Source: Candidatus Latescibacterota bacterium
Lineage (GTDB): Bacteria > Latescibacterota > CBDEFO01
Assembly: GCA_965237525.1 (NCBI GenBank)
Contig: CBDEFO010000004.1
Location: 224,001 to 288,000 of the forward strand
Direction: 5' to 3'
Length of the DNA: 64,000 nt
A model generated the notes under the pieces. It saw only the letters and a list, made by a program, of their open reading frames with translations, had not been told where the DNA came from and ran no database searches. Below are positions 22,352 through 33,096 of this stretch, piece by piece. The translations under genes and the position numbers were made by a program. Numbering within the stretch: the stretch's first letter is position 1; each line of letters starts with the position of its first letter.

Positions 22352-22508
22352 CTTATACTACTTACCCTGAGTTTGGTACTGCTTCCCAACTCCTGACAGC
22401 GTCGGATCTGGTACCTTTTCCCCAGAGCTTTTTCGATACCTCCAATTGCAATGGCTGAAAGCCGAATGAATACGGAAAGACTTTACACTTTCAGCGTTGC
22501 CCTTGGAA

Positions 22509-23279
22509 CTAACACATATATCTCCCACCGTTCACGTCAATAGTGGCGCCCGTTATGTAGCTCGAATCGTCAGAAGCTAAAAAGACAACTGCCGGAGCTA
22601 ATTCCTCCGGCTCGCCGAACTTCCTCAGTGGGACAGACTTTAAAAACTCCTTCTTAAATTCCTCATCCCTGCTGTTCCAAAGGTCCCTTACCCTCTGAGT
22701 GCTCATGAAGAGTCCCGGAGCTACAGCGTTGACGGTTACCCCGAAAGGCCCGAATTCGTACGCCAGTTGCCGTGTCAACCCCCCTAATCCCGCCTTTGCG
22801 CTTGAGTAGTGCACTCCCGAGAGTTGCGCGCCGTGCATTCTCCCCGATAGGGAGGAGACATTCACAATCTTTCCGTACCTCATCTCCTTCATATACTTCC
22901 AGACCTCCCGACAGCACAGGAAAACAGCCCTCAGATTAGTGTCCACAACCTTATCCCAGTCCTCCTCCGTCAGTTCCTCGAAGAATACAGGAGTGAAGAG
23001 CGCTCCCCCGGCGTTGTTCACTAAAATGTCCACCTTTCCGAACTCTGAGATGGCCTTCTGGACCATCTCTCTGATCTGATCTATCTTTCGTATATCTCCC
23101 TTTGCTATGATCGCCCTCCGTCCCAGCGCTTCTATCTCTGCGCCAGTCTCCTCCATAGCCTCCACGTCCCTGCCATTTACCACTATATCCGCGCCCTCTT
23201 TAGCCATCGCTATGGCCATTGCTCTTCCCAAGCCCTTCGACGATCCTGTGATAATAGCAGACCTACCCTCCAGTCTCAT
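22509..23279 (-). CDS. Short-chain dehydrogenase/reductase (FabG-like)
   Basis: TGSSKGLG, NNAG and YSSAK motifs. Confidence 0.92.
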   Translation of the reverse strand: MRLEGRSAIITGSSKGLGRAMAIAMAKEGADIVVNGRDVEAMEETGAEIEALGRRAIIAKGDIRKIDQIREMVQKAISEFGKVDILVNNAGGALFTPVFFEELTEEDWDKVVDTNLRAVFLCCREVWKYMKEMRYGKIVNVSSLSGRMHGAQLSGVHYSSAKAGLGGLTRQLAYEFGPFGVTVNAVAPGLFMSTQRVRDLWNSRDEEFKKEFLKSVPLRKFGEPEELAPAVVFLASDDSSYITGATIDVNGGRYMC

Positions 23280-23394
23280 TTCTACCTCCCATATTGAGAA
23301 ATCAACCATCTGCAAGCGTCTTTTTTGAAATCCTCCCCAGCAAGAAAGATAAAGAAAGAATCACAACCAAGTCAACACAAAACTCTCCCCATAA

Positions 23395-23467
23395 TTGAGA
23401 TTGCTTCGCCACCCCTGAATTAAACCCCGATAGATTCAATCGGGGGGGGGGATCGCAATGACGTTGC
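23395..23467 (+). repeat. Composite REP-like element
   Basis: GAGATTGCTTCG...CCCCGATAGATTCAATCGGGG...TCGCAATGACG. Confidence 0.7.
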
Positions 23468-23596
23468 GAATCTCAACGGAGGAGATGCGCTGCAGCCGTC
23501 TTGGGAAAATTCGGTTGACTTTTCAGCTTCAGAACATATATTTACACAACGTGTATTCTATTGCAGGCAGACAGAAAGGGCCGTAAAGGTAAGTGA

Positions 23597-25896
23597 ATGA
23601 CAACCTTCCAAAGTAAAGATACAAAAGTAGACAGCAAACATGAAGAAAAGATGCCCGCCATACTGTCGAATTACAACTGTCTACTCATATTATCCCTCCT
23701 CCTGGTGTTCGTGGTAGCCACCTTTCTCTATCTGAACACGCTCGGCAACAGCTTTGTGTGGGACGATGTGTTCATAGTAGAGTATAATCCCCGGATTAAG
23801 GACTGGGACCAATTGGGAAAGATCTTCACGGGAGATTTTTTTCCCCAGAAGGAAGAAAGGTCGGGCTTCTACAGACCTGTCACCACACTGTCGTTCGTCG
23901 CAGATCACAGCATCTGGGGCCTGAACGCCGCCGGATATCATCTGTCCAATGTGCTGATGCATTCTGTGGCCTCCGCGCTGGTCTTCTTTCTGGGATATGC
24001 CATTCTGGAGAGCATGCTCGGGGCGGTTTTCGTATCCCTCCTTTTTGCCCTGCACCCCGTTCATACCGAATCCGTCGCATGGATATCGGGCAGGACGGAT
24101 ATACTCGCCGCAATATTCTTCCTCTCAGCCCTTTTGGCCTTCATCCGCTCTCAGAAAGTGGTGCAACCACTTCGTCGTGAATATAGAGGGCCTCTTTTCT
24201 ACTCCCTATGCGTAGTCCTCTTTGCCCTTGCGCTCCTGTCCAAAGAGGTGGCCATAACCTTCCCTCTAATCGCAGCACTGTACGATTGGTATTACATATC
24301 TGAGGGAGATTTTAGGCTTTTCAAAAGGAACTTTATACGAAGATACACCCCCCTTGTCACAACAGCCGCGGCTTACGTCTTCCTACACCTTTCCCTAATC
24401 GGAGACAGGGCGATGGAAAGAGGGTACGACTACCCTGAGAACCCTATCTTAGCCTTTATCGAAACCCTTCAGATATTTGCGCATTACGTTAAAATCCTGA
24501 TCTTGCCTCTATGGTTGGACGCTGAAGTTCACATCTTTCCGCCCGAATCTCTGCTCCAGATTACGAATCTTGTATCCATAGCAGTCACAGCAGCGGTAAT
24601 ATATGCGGGCATCATGACGCTACGGAGTGGTCGCACCACCAAAAGGGCCAGGAAGTCTCATTTGGCATATTCTGGTTTCTATGTCTCTTTCCGTTCATAT
24701 CGGGCATAATCCCCAGTTGGGAGCTGATAGCCGAAAGATTCTTATACATCCCCTCCCTCGGCTTCTGCATAGCGCTGGGAGCGATTCTGGAAAGTGCCAT
24801 TTCGGGAAGGTCTGTGGAACGTCCACTTCAGGCAGAGCATCCACGGCAAATCCTCTCTTTCAATATCGCAAAATCCATCGCTTCCATAGCCTTCCTGTGC
24901 CTCATATGCTCCTACTCCGTTATTGTAATCAGGCGCAATAAAGACTGGGAAAATGACTACACCATATTTTCCAAATCGCTGGAGAACCCGAAAAATGCGG
25001 ATAACTCAAGACTGCACTATAATATGGCTTCCGCCTATATCAATATAAAAGGGTCTCTAACAGATGCCATACTGGAGCTTGAGAAGGCCGTGAGCCTGGA
25101 TTTTCCCGAAAAAAAGGCCTTCAGGGCCTTAGGCAAAGCATATCTTATAAAAGGCAGGACACACGATGCGATAGGAGTCCTGAGAAAGGCTTTAGATGTT
25201 GACCCTCATAAGCACGACATCTACAACGGCCTGGGGGGAGCTTACTTCGTAAACGGAATGATCGAAGAGGCCATAAGTAACTATAAAGAGGGAGTGAGAG
25301 AAAACCCAGATTACGATGAACTGCAGTACAACCTTGCCAATGTCTACGTCTATGTAGATTCCCTCGATAAAGCTGTATTTCACTACACAGAGGCATTAAG
25401 GATCAATAGCGATTACGCCAACGCCCACAATAATCTGGGAAACGTCTACTTAATAAAGGGGAAAATAGAGCGGGCCATATTCCATTTTAAAGAGGCGTTG
25501 AGAATATATCCCGATCACGAGATGGCGCATTACAATTTGGGAGACGCCTATATGGAAAGCGACTCCACAGAGCAGGCGATAAGGCACTATATGAGGGCGA
25601 TAAGTCTGGATTCGACGTACACAAGCGCGCACAACGCCTTGGGCAAAGCATACGTCTTTAGGGGTATGCCCCAGGACGGAATCGAACACTACAAGGAGGC
25701 GATAAGGATAGACTCCAACTTCGCAGATGCCCACTATAATTTAGGATTCAGCTATCACGATCTTGGGAGAGATTACGACAGAGCAATTTTCCATATGAAA
25801 GAAGGATTGAGGCTGCATCCCGATCACGTGCTCTCGGACCGAGCCAAGGAGATAGTTGAGAACCATAAGGAGCACATCCATGCGCCAAAACAATAG
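23597..25896 (+). CDS. TMTC-like membrane glycosyltransferase with TPR repeats; one frameshift near 24650
   Basis: FVWDD, YRPVT, HPVHTESVAWISGR, SKE and AERFLYIPS motifs, followed by many TPRs. Confidence 0.85.
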
Positions 25897-25929
25897 ATCT
25901 ATCAGAGCGTCAGAAGAAAGGAAAAACCT

Positions 25930-26733
25930 ATGAAACTTGAGAACAAAAGAGCCATCGTCACAGGCGGGGGGGGCGGCATAGGGCGAGGAATAGTCCTGTG
26001 CCTTGCAGGTGAGGGGGCGGACATAGCAATAGCCGACCTGGACACGGAGAGCGCCCAAAATACAGCCGATGAGGTGAAGGCCCTGAAACGCCGAGTCATG
26101 GTAATCAAGACAGATGTCACAAAAAGAGAAGACGTGGAAAACATGGTGTCCGGGGTCGTAAAGGAGTTCGGAGGTGTAGACATACTCGTAAACAACGCCG
26201 GGGCTTGGGGGCACAACCTCGGAATGCCATTCACCGAAGACGATGAGGACAACTGGGATTTCAACTACTCCATAAACATGAAAGCCCCTTTTATCGTCAC
26301 AAGAGCCGTCGCTCCTCACATGATAGAACAGAAAAGCGGCAAGATAGTCAACATAAGCTCCATCGCTTCCAAGAGAAATCCCCCTATGTTGGCACCCTAC
26401 TGCGCAACCAAGGCCGCGCTTCTTAGCTTTACCAAAGTTGTGGCCAAAGGCCTTGCACCTCATAATATCAACGTCAACGTCATTTGTCCGGGGATAATAT
26501 GGACACCCTTCTGGGAGAGACTCGCTCCTCTTATGGCAGAGACCTATCCTGAACTTCAAGGACTCAGCGCAAGAGAGGCGTTCGACAAATGGGTCACCAA
26601 CGCCGTCCCGCTAAATAGAGAGCAGACCCCGGAAGACATTGGGAAAGGCGTAGTCTTTTTCAGCTCTGAAGACTCCAAGAACATAACCGGACAGACCATG
26701 CACATAGACGGCGGCGTGATTATGGAGTTGTAA
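25930..26733 (+). CDS. Short-chain dehydrogenase/reductase
   Basis: TGGGGGIG, NNAG and YCATK motifs. Confidence 0.92.
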   Translation: MKLENKRAIVTGGGGGIGRGIVLCLAGEGADIAIADLDTESAQNTADEVKALKRRVMVIKTDVTKREDVENMVSGVVKEFGGVDILVNNAGAWGHNLGMPFTEDDEDNWDFNYSINMKAPFIVTRAVAPHMIEQKSGKIVNISSIASKRNPPMLAPYCATKAALLSFTKVVAKGLAPHNINVNVICPGIIWTPFWERLAPLMAETYPELQGLSAREAFDKWVTNAVPLNREQTPEDIGKGVVFFSSEDSKNITGQTMHIDGGVIMEL

Positions 26734-26793
26734 TCCCCAATAACACTACGGACTCAAATTAACCTGTCAGTTTATGAACAAGGAGTTCTGAAG

Positions 26794-27786
26794 ATGAAGC
26801 GGAAGATTTGGTCTATTACCGTAGTGGTGACGGCAGTACTTCTAGCCTGTTGCATCGCCTCGGCGAAAGCCCAAAGTCTCTTTAAAGACCCCGAGCTTGT
26901 TTTCTCCGCTCCAGAAGGGGCCAATCCAGGAGAGTTTGGACGGCTTGATCCAAAACCAGAAGGTGAGCCGCGGTACCCATCTGATTTCACGATTGACTCC
27001 AAAGGTAACTTCTGCATTCAAGACGATGTGAATCGTCGGATACAGAAATTTAACAGGGATGGCAGTTTCATACTTTCCTGGAGGCCCCCTCGTGAAGGCG
27101 GATGGATACAAGTAGGCGCAAGTTTAGAGGTAGATAGTCAGGATAATATTTATGTATTGACAGACCACGATGAGGGTTTGAGAGGCTGGAAATTAGACAA
27201 TCAAGCCAAGTTTGTGAGCCACTTTGAGGTTGAGTTTGGAAGTGGCATTGAACTTTGGCTACGCGTCAATTCGAAAGGGAATATTTTCATATCGAGCGGT
27301 AGACGTTCGTTATTTCTCAACAAGGCTGGAAAGACTGTGCTACGGAGAGGAGGTGTTCGGAGAATATATACCTCAGGCTTTTCAGATTACATCTTCTTAG
27401 AAAATTTTGGAGTACAAGGAAAGCGTTGGCCCTCGTTTGAACGACATGCCCAAATACCTGAAAAAGGTATCTCTGGATTGTCTACATCCATAAACAAGCA
27501 AGGATCGAGCTATGGCGTAATGTCCGCGATTAATGGACAAGGGAACTTATTTATTCTTAAAGTGGAAGGTCGAAGTAGAATTATGGGGTTTTATGGTAGG
27601 GGTGGAGAATACCTTGGGAAAGTTCCTGATTGTCCTAAGGAAACCCAACCCAGACCAAATGGTGGAGATGATTTTGTCACAGATGCAGATGGGAATCTCT
27701 ACCAGTTACAGCTATTTCATACCCAAATAGGGCGGAAAACAGCTGAAGGGTGGGTCAAGATCTGGAAGTGGGATAGGATAAAGTGA
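26794..27786 (+). CDS. Secreted NHL-like beta-propeller protein, paralog 1 (intact)
   Basis: Signal peptide ending AKA|QS; PSDFTIDSKGNF.I.D.VN.RIQKF repeat-like motif. Confidence 0.75.
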   Translation: MKRKIWSITVVVTAVLLACCIASAKAQSLFKDPELVFSAPEGANPGEFGRLDPKPEGEPRYPSDFTIDSKGNFCIQDDVNRRIQKFNRDGSFILSWRPPREGGWIQVGASLEVDSQDNIYVLTDHDEGLRGWKLDNQAKFVSHFEVEFGSGIELWLRVNSKGNIFISSGRRSLFLNKAGKTVLRRGGVRRIYTSGFSDYIFLENFGVQGKRWPSFERHAQIPEKGISGLSTSINKQGSSYGVMSAINGQGNLFILKVEGRSRIMGFYGRGGEYLGKVPDCPKETQPRPNGGDDFVTDADGNLYQLQLFHTQIGRKTAEGWVKIWKWDRIK

Positions 27787-27874
27787 TGATACTTGGACAG
27801 GATATTCCCCAGAGGCAAAAATTCCATTATGAACTCATATTAACCTCTCATTTTATCAACAAAGAGTTCTGACG

Positions 27875-28874
27875 ATGAAGCGAAAGATATGCTCGATTTC
27901 CATAGTGGTGACAGCAGTACTTCTGAGCAGTTACATCGCCTCGGCGAAAGCCCAAAGTCTCTTTAAAGACCCCGAGCTTGTTCTCTCCGCTCCCGAGGGA
28001 ACTGAGCAAGGAGCATTTGGAATGCATCTTGCAGTATCCAGAAGGTTAGTCTCTATATCCATATGATTTTACTATTGACTCGAAAGGTAACTTCTGGATT
28101 CAAGACGATGTGAATGGTAGAATACAGAAGTTTAACAGGGATCGAGAGTTCATCCTTGCCTGGAGTCCGCCTGATGAAGGATGGGAGATACGCGTAGGGG
28201 CAAGTCTAGAGGTGGATGGGCAAGATAACATTTATGAAGTGGAAGAACATAATACTGAAGAGGGCGCGAGAGGCACGAAGTTAAATAGTCAAGCTAAGTT
28301 TGTGAGCCACTTTCAGGTTGATTTTGAGAGTGGAGTTGAATTCTCCTTACGTGTTAACTCTAAAGGGGATATATCAATATTCAGTGGGTCACGTGCTTTA
28401 TTTCTTAACAAGGAAGGCAAGACGTTGCTATCACGGGGTAGGGTTTACCGAATAATTACCTCAGCCTTTTCCGATAACATTTTGTTAGAAACTTTTCCAG
28501 AAGGTAGAGACGAATGGGCGGCGTTTGAGAGGTATTCACAAAACCCTGGAAAAGGCAACTCAGGACTGCAAGTAACATTAAACAAGCAGGGATCGGGACA
28601 TGGAACAGTATCCGCAATTGATGTACAAGGAAATTCATTTGTTGTTGCACTTGATGATCGAGAGAGAAGTATGGAATTTTATAGTAGTGGTGGAGAGTAC
28701 CTTGGGAAAGTTCCCCATTGTCCTAAGAAATCCTTACCTAGAGCAGGTGGTGGAGATGATTTTGTCACGGATGGGGATGGTACCCTATACCGATTAGAGC
28801 TATTTCCTCCTTGGTGGGGGCGGAAAACAGCTGAAGGCTGGATCAAGATATGGAAGTGGGAGAGGATAAAGTGA
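27875..28874 (+). pseudogene. Secreted NHL-like protein, paralog 2 (frameshift plus GAG>TAG near 28035-28049)
   Basis: Colinear with paralog 1 but split into 27875-28066 and 28110-28874. Confidence 0.75.
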
Positions 28875-28962
28875 TGATACTTGGACAGGATATTCCCCAG
28901 AGGCAAAAATTCCATTTTGAACTCATATTAACCTCTCAATTGATCAGCCGATGGTTCTGAAG

Positions 28963-31472
28963 ATGAAGCGAAAGATTTGGTCTATTCCCATAGCAGCCAC
29001 AGCAGTACTTCTGGCCTGTTGCATTGTCTCAGCGAAAGCCCAGAGTCTGTTTAAAAAACCCGAGCTTGTACTCTCAGCAGCAGAGGGGACTAATCCAGGA
29101 GAGTTAGGACTGCGTGTTCCCCAGCCAGAAGGTGAGATCTCATTTCCATCAGATTTTGCTGTCGATGCTAAAGGTAACTTCTGGATCCTAGATGATGTGA
29201 ATCGTCGGATTCAGAAGTTTAACACCAATGGCGACTTCGTCCTTGCGTGGGATGGTGATGGAAGGAGCATACTCTCAGGGGCAATTTTGGAGGCAGATAA
29301 CGAGGGTAACATTTATGTAATGGTGAGTGATACAGAGAGACATTGGTGGATAGCGAAATTGAATACAGAAGCCCAGATCGTGAGACACTTTCTCGTTAGT
29401 GATCCACCTATTAGTGATTTTTACCTTCGTGTTAATTCTAAAGGCGCAATGTGCATCAACAGCGGTTTTCGTGCTCGATTTCTTGACAAGGAAGGCAACA
29501 CTGTGCTATCAAGAGGAAGTGTTTACCGCATATTTACCTCAGCCTTTTCAGAAAAAATTTCGTTAAGAACTCTCTCAGAGGGTGGAGACATTTTGACTTT
29601 AGAGCGATATGTGCAAATCCCTGAAAAAGGCATCCCTGGATTGTCTGTATCATTAAAAGCCTTGTGAAATAGTTATGTCCCAGGCAGCGTCTGAAGCGCC
29701 GATTATGGGTCAAAGAGTAGCATATCGTATCGTTTTGCTGTGGAATAAGCAAAATAGTCTTATCAGAGTTCTGGTCAGCAAGGAACAGGAGCTGTTTGAA
29801 GAACAGGATGCACTGTCTTTGACAGACAGGGCACACATAGACGCTTTCCCCCTTCTTATGAAAGATACAAGCCTCTTGAGATTCTGTACTGTTGCAACAA
29901 GATTCAACTGTTCATTCAGTGAGGCTGGTCCTCTATAACGGGCTCGTCCCATACCGTGTTGTTGCCTGGCTTCAGCAAAGATATGTTCACTGCGTTTACG
30001 GAGTCTCCGGGAGAGTTTGTAGTCAGCTGTTAATGAGATAGACCGTGCATGATTTCTGGCTTTCGCCTCTCGCACTTTTCTATCCCGTTCGGCCTGAATA
30101 TGTGCTGGATTTGTCTTGTTTTTCCATGTAGGAATCGGTTCAATCTTCTCATCGGCTCGCAGAGGAATATGGGGTATGATTCCCCGGTCAAGTACATCAG
30201 CGATAAAATTACCAGAACCGTAACCGGTATCGGCACTAAGTGTCTGAATGTCTTTGGGCATGGTGTATGTTTCAAGGTCATCTACCATCTTAAGGGCACT
30301 TTCGGGCTCTGCTGTCCCTGTCGCCTGCGTGCCCTGAGTCTCAAGGATTACTCTGCTTTTTGTGTCGATCAGATCATGGCCCATAAACGAGAGAAAAGCC
30401 CCTTTGCCCTTCGATTTGCTGTATAAGCGCGCGTCGGGGTCTGTAGTCGAACGGTGTGTTTGGTTCGTCCACTTTTCACCATGAAAGTCTTTATCCTGAG
30501 GATGCCCGGACCTACCCTTTGTCTTATCACCTTCAAAACCGATTCCCTTGAGATAATCATCAAGAGAAACAGGGGGTTCTATCGGCTCAATACTTTTCAC
30601 TGAAGCATCAGCTTGTATCTGAGTGCCGTCGACACTAAGGTGTTTACCGCTCACAAGACCGACATCTATGCAACACTGGACTACCTGACGCATTATCCGT
30701 TCAAACAACCCACTGGATGCCCACTTGTGATTGCGAAGCTTGTTGATCGTGCTCCTATCCGGAACCGCATCATCAAATGTCTGATGACAAAACAACCGAT
30801 ATGCCGCATGCATCCCCACTTCCTGACAGAGCCGATTCTCACTCAAATTATACAGATAGCCAATAAGGATCATTCGAACAACTAATTCAGGATCAATACC
30901 GGGTCTGCCATTGTCAGGGCAATAACAATCTGATACAACGTCTCGTACAAATGAAAAATCAACTGCCTCATCAATCTGACGAAGGATATGATCCTCGGGA
31001 ACTAAATCCTCCATCTGAAAATAGTGAAACATCGGATTTGTCTGTTCCTGCTTTTGTGGGGTCATTGTTTCCTTCATGTATAATATTATCAATAACATAA
31101 TATAATACATCGGAGCTGCTTTATCAATGCTTGTTCTATACTACTTTCTGAATCTAAGGGTTTTTCACAAGGCTTTTAAACAAGCAGGGATCTAGTGCAA
31201 GAGCAATAGAAGCAATTGATGGGCAAGGGAATTCATTTGTTACTGCATTTAAGGATCGCAAGAGAATTATGGAATTCTATGGTAGTGGAGGGGAATACCT
31301 TGGTCTAGTTCCTGATTGTCCGAAGAGAACGTTAGGCAACCCAGGTAGCGGAGATGATTTCGTTACAGATGGAAATGGGAATCTATACCAGATACAGCTA
31401 ACTCCTTCCTGGTGGGAGCGCGAATCAGCTAAGGGGTCGGTCAAGATATGGAAGTGGGAGAGGATAAAGTGA
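28963..31472 (+). pseudogene. Secreted NHL-like protein, paralog 3, interrupted by IS
   Basis: The frame resumes after the IS (SLNKQGSS...KIWKWERIK*). Confidence 0.8.
29657..31175 (-). mobile_element. IS1182-like insertion sequence, copy 3 (intact transposase 29710-31110)
   Basis: TIRs present; TSD TTAA. Confidence 0.93.
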
Positions 31473-31538
31473 TGATACTTGGACAGGATATTCCACTTCA
31501 AACCAGACCACAATATTAAGGAGGAAACTTAAAAAAAC

Positions 31539-32375
31539 ATGGCCTTCTACACTGAGAAAGAGATCAGGAATCGCCTGGCGGTGTCGACATTTATTTTTCG
31601 CCGCAAAAGGCCTTTGGATCGAGAGACGTTGGGCGAGATCAAAAAGAACGACATCGGGACTATTGAGATCGGCTTCCCCGAGGATCCCGATCACTTTGCA
31701 TTGGACGATCCCAAGTCAATGAAGATAATCAAGGATATATGTAATGATCTTGGACTCGCCGTCGGGACGTATCATTCCGGCAAAACCAACTTTGAGGTGG
31801 ACAGCGAAGCCGAAAGGCGCAAAAGGGTGGATAATTGCAAAAGGCAGATTGGCACACTGCTGTGGATGGGCGGAAATATCTGGGGATGCCACGGGCGCGT
31901 CAAGACACCTGCCACCTGGAAGAGCTTTGAAGAACTCCTCCGACACTTTGAAGGAGAGGACGTGCACCTGCTGGTCGAGAACTTCGGGCCGGGACAGACC
32001 ATTGAGGACAACATAGAGTTTATCGACTCCATCGGTCATCCTCAGCTTGGGATGATCATCGACATCGGGCACGTGCGCAATTCAGAAGGTCAAAACCCTA
32101 TGACACTTTCTGGAGTCCCAACCGAAAAGTTCCATAAGGTCGGTTCCAGGCTGCGCCATGTCCACCTTCACGACTTCTACGATGGGATAGATCACCGCGC
32201 CCCGTTCGACGGTAATATGCCGTGGCTGGAGATCTTCCAGGCGCTTTACGACATCGACTATAAGGGATTCATCCACTTTGAAGTGGCTCCCCCGCCGCGC
32301 TCTGTGGATGCCCTCCCCAAGATCAAAGAGGTGCCCAAAAAGATTATGGAACTACACGCGCAACAGGATGGATAA
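31539..32375 (+). CDS. Sugar phosphate isomerase/epimerase (xylose isomerase-like TIM barrel)
   Basis: LLVEN, IDIGH, HVHLHD, DH..P..G and FE motifs. Confidence 0.88.
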   Translation: MAFYTEKEIRNRLAVSTFIFRRKRPLDRETLGEIKKNDIGTIEIGFPEDPDHFALDDPKSMKIIKDICNDLGLAVGTYHSGKTNFEVDSEAERRKRVDNCKRQIGTLLWMGGNIWGCHGRVKTPATWKSFEELLRHFEGEDVHLLVENFGPGQTIEDNIEFIDSIGHPQLGMIIDIGHVRNSEGQNPMTLSGVPTEKFHKVGSRLRHVHLHDFYDGIDHRAPFDGNMPWLEIFQALYDIDYKGFIHFEVAPPPRSVDALPKIKEVPKKIMELHAQQDG

Positions 32376-32379
32376 TTGC

Positions 32380-32537
32380 TCCACTTCAAACCGGACCATA
32401 ATATTAACGAGGAAGCTTAAGAAAACATGGGCTTCAATACTGAGGAAGAAATTACTAATCCCTTGTCAGTGTACACATTCATTTTCCGGGGCATAAGGCC
32501 TCTTCCGGGGCATAAGGCCTCTGGATCGGGAGACGTT
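32380..32537 (+). pseudogene. Degenerate duplicate of the isomerase upstream region and 5' end
   Basis: Aligns to 31492-31630 and carries an internal 19-nt tandem duplication TTCCGGGGCATAAGGCCTC. Confidence 0.7.
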
Positions 32538-32597
32538 CAAAGTCGTTAATCTAAATTATATTTTGCTACTTTACACCTGACTGGAAAGGAGATTAAA

Positions 32598-32786
32598 ATG
32601 CCTTACGTAACTGTCAAGATGTTAGGAGGACGCACGGATGAACAGAAGAAAAGGCTTGTGGAGGCTATAACAAACGATATGGTGGAAATATGCAACGCCA
32701 AGGCTGAGGCCGTGGTCATCACTATCGAGGAGCTCCCCAAGGAACATTGGGCAGTCGGAGGAGTGCGCCTTTCCGACATGGAGTGA
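32598..32786 (+). CDS. 4-oxalocrotonate tautomerase family protein
   Basis: N-terminal Pro, GRTDEQK and WAVGG motifs. Confidence 0.92.
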   Translation: MPYVTVKMLGGRTDEQKKRLVEAITNDMVEICNAKAEAVVITIEELPKEHWAVGGVRLSDME

Positions 32787-32961
32787 AGCCTAATCTATGA
32801 GGAGGCGTTGCGGATCGGATTTTTGCGGATCGGGAAGGAAGCTCTACAGCTAAATCCAGATGACAGCTTGTCGCTATCTATCGGTTGCTTATCCAAAGAA
32901 AGAGCCGTAATGTGGATAGTTTGTAAGGAAAGATCTCAAGAGTTCGTTACTAATTTTTAGG

Positions 32962-32990
32962 TTGACAACCTTGGTCTTATATGTTATATT
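32962..32990 (+). promoter_or_regulatory. sigma70 promoter of tRNA-Asp
   Basis: TTGACA-17 bp-TATATT. Confidence 0.75.
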
Positions 32991-33000
32991 CTCATCGTGC

Positions 33001-33078
33001 GGGGTAGTAGCTCAGTTTGGTTAGAGTGACGGCCTGTCACGCCGTAGGTCGCGGGTTCGAGTCCCGTCTACCCCGCCA
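33001..33078 (+). tRNA. tRNA-Asp (GTC)
   Basis: Cloverleaf with acceptor GGGGTAG/CTACCCC, anticodon stem ACGGC-CTGTCAC-GCCGT, TTCGA loop and encoded CCA. Confidence 0.97.
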
Positions 33079-33096
33079 CTTTTCTCTACGGCTTTC

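Noticed and set aside
33001..33078. tRNA-Asp as an integration site
   Set aside because: I saw no duplicated tRNA 3' end or integrase in the window.
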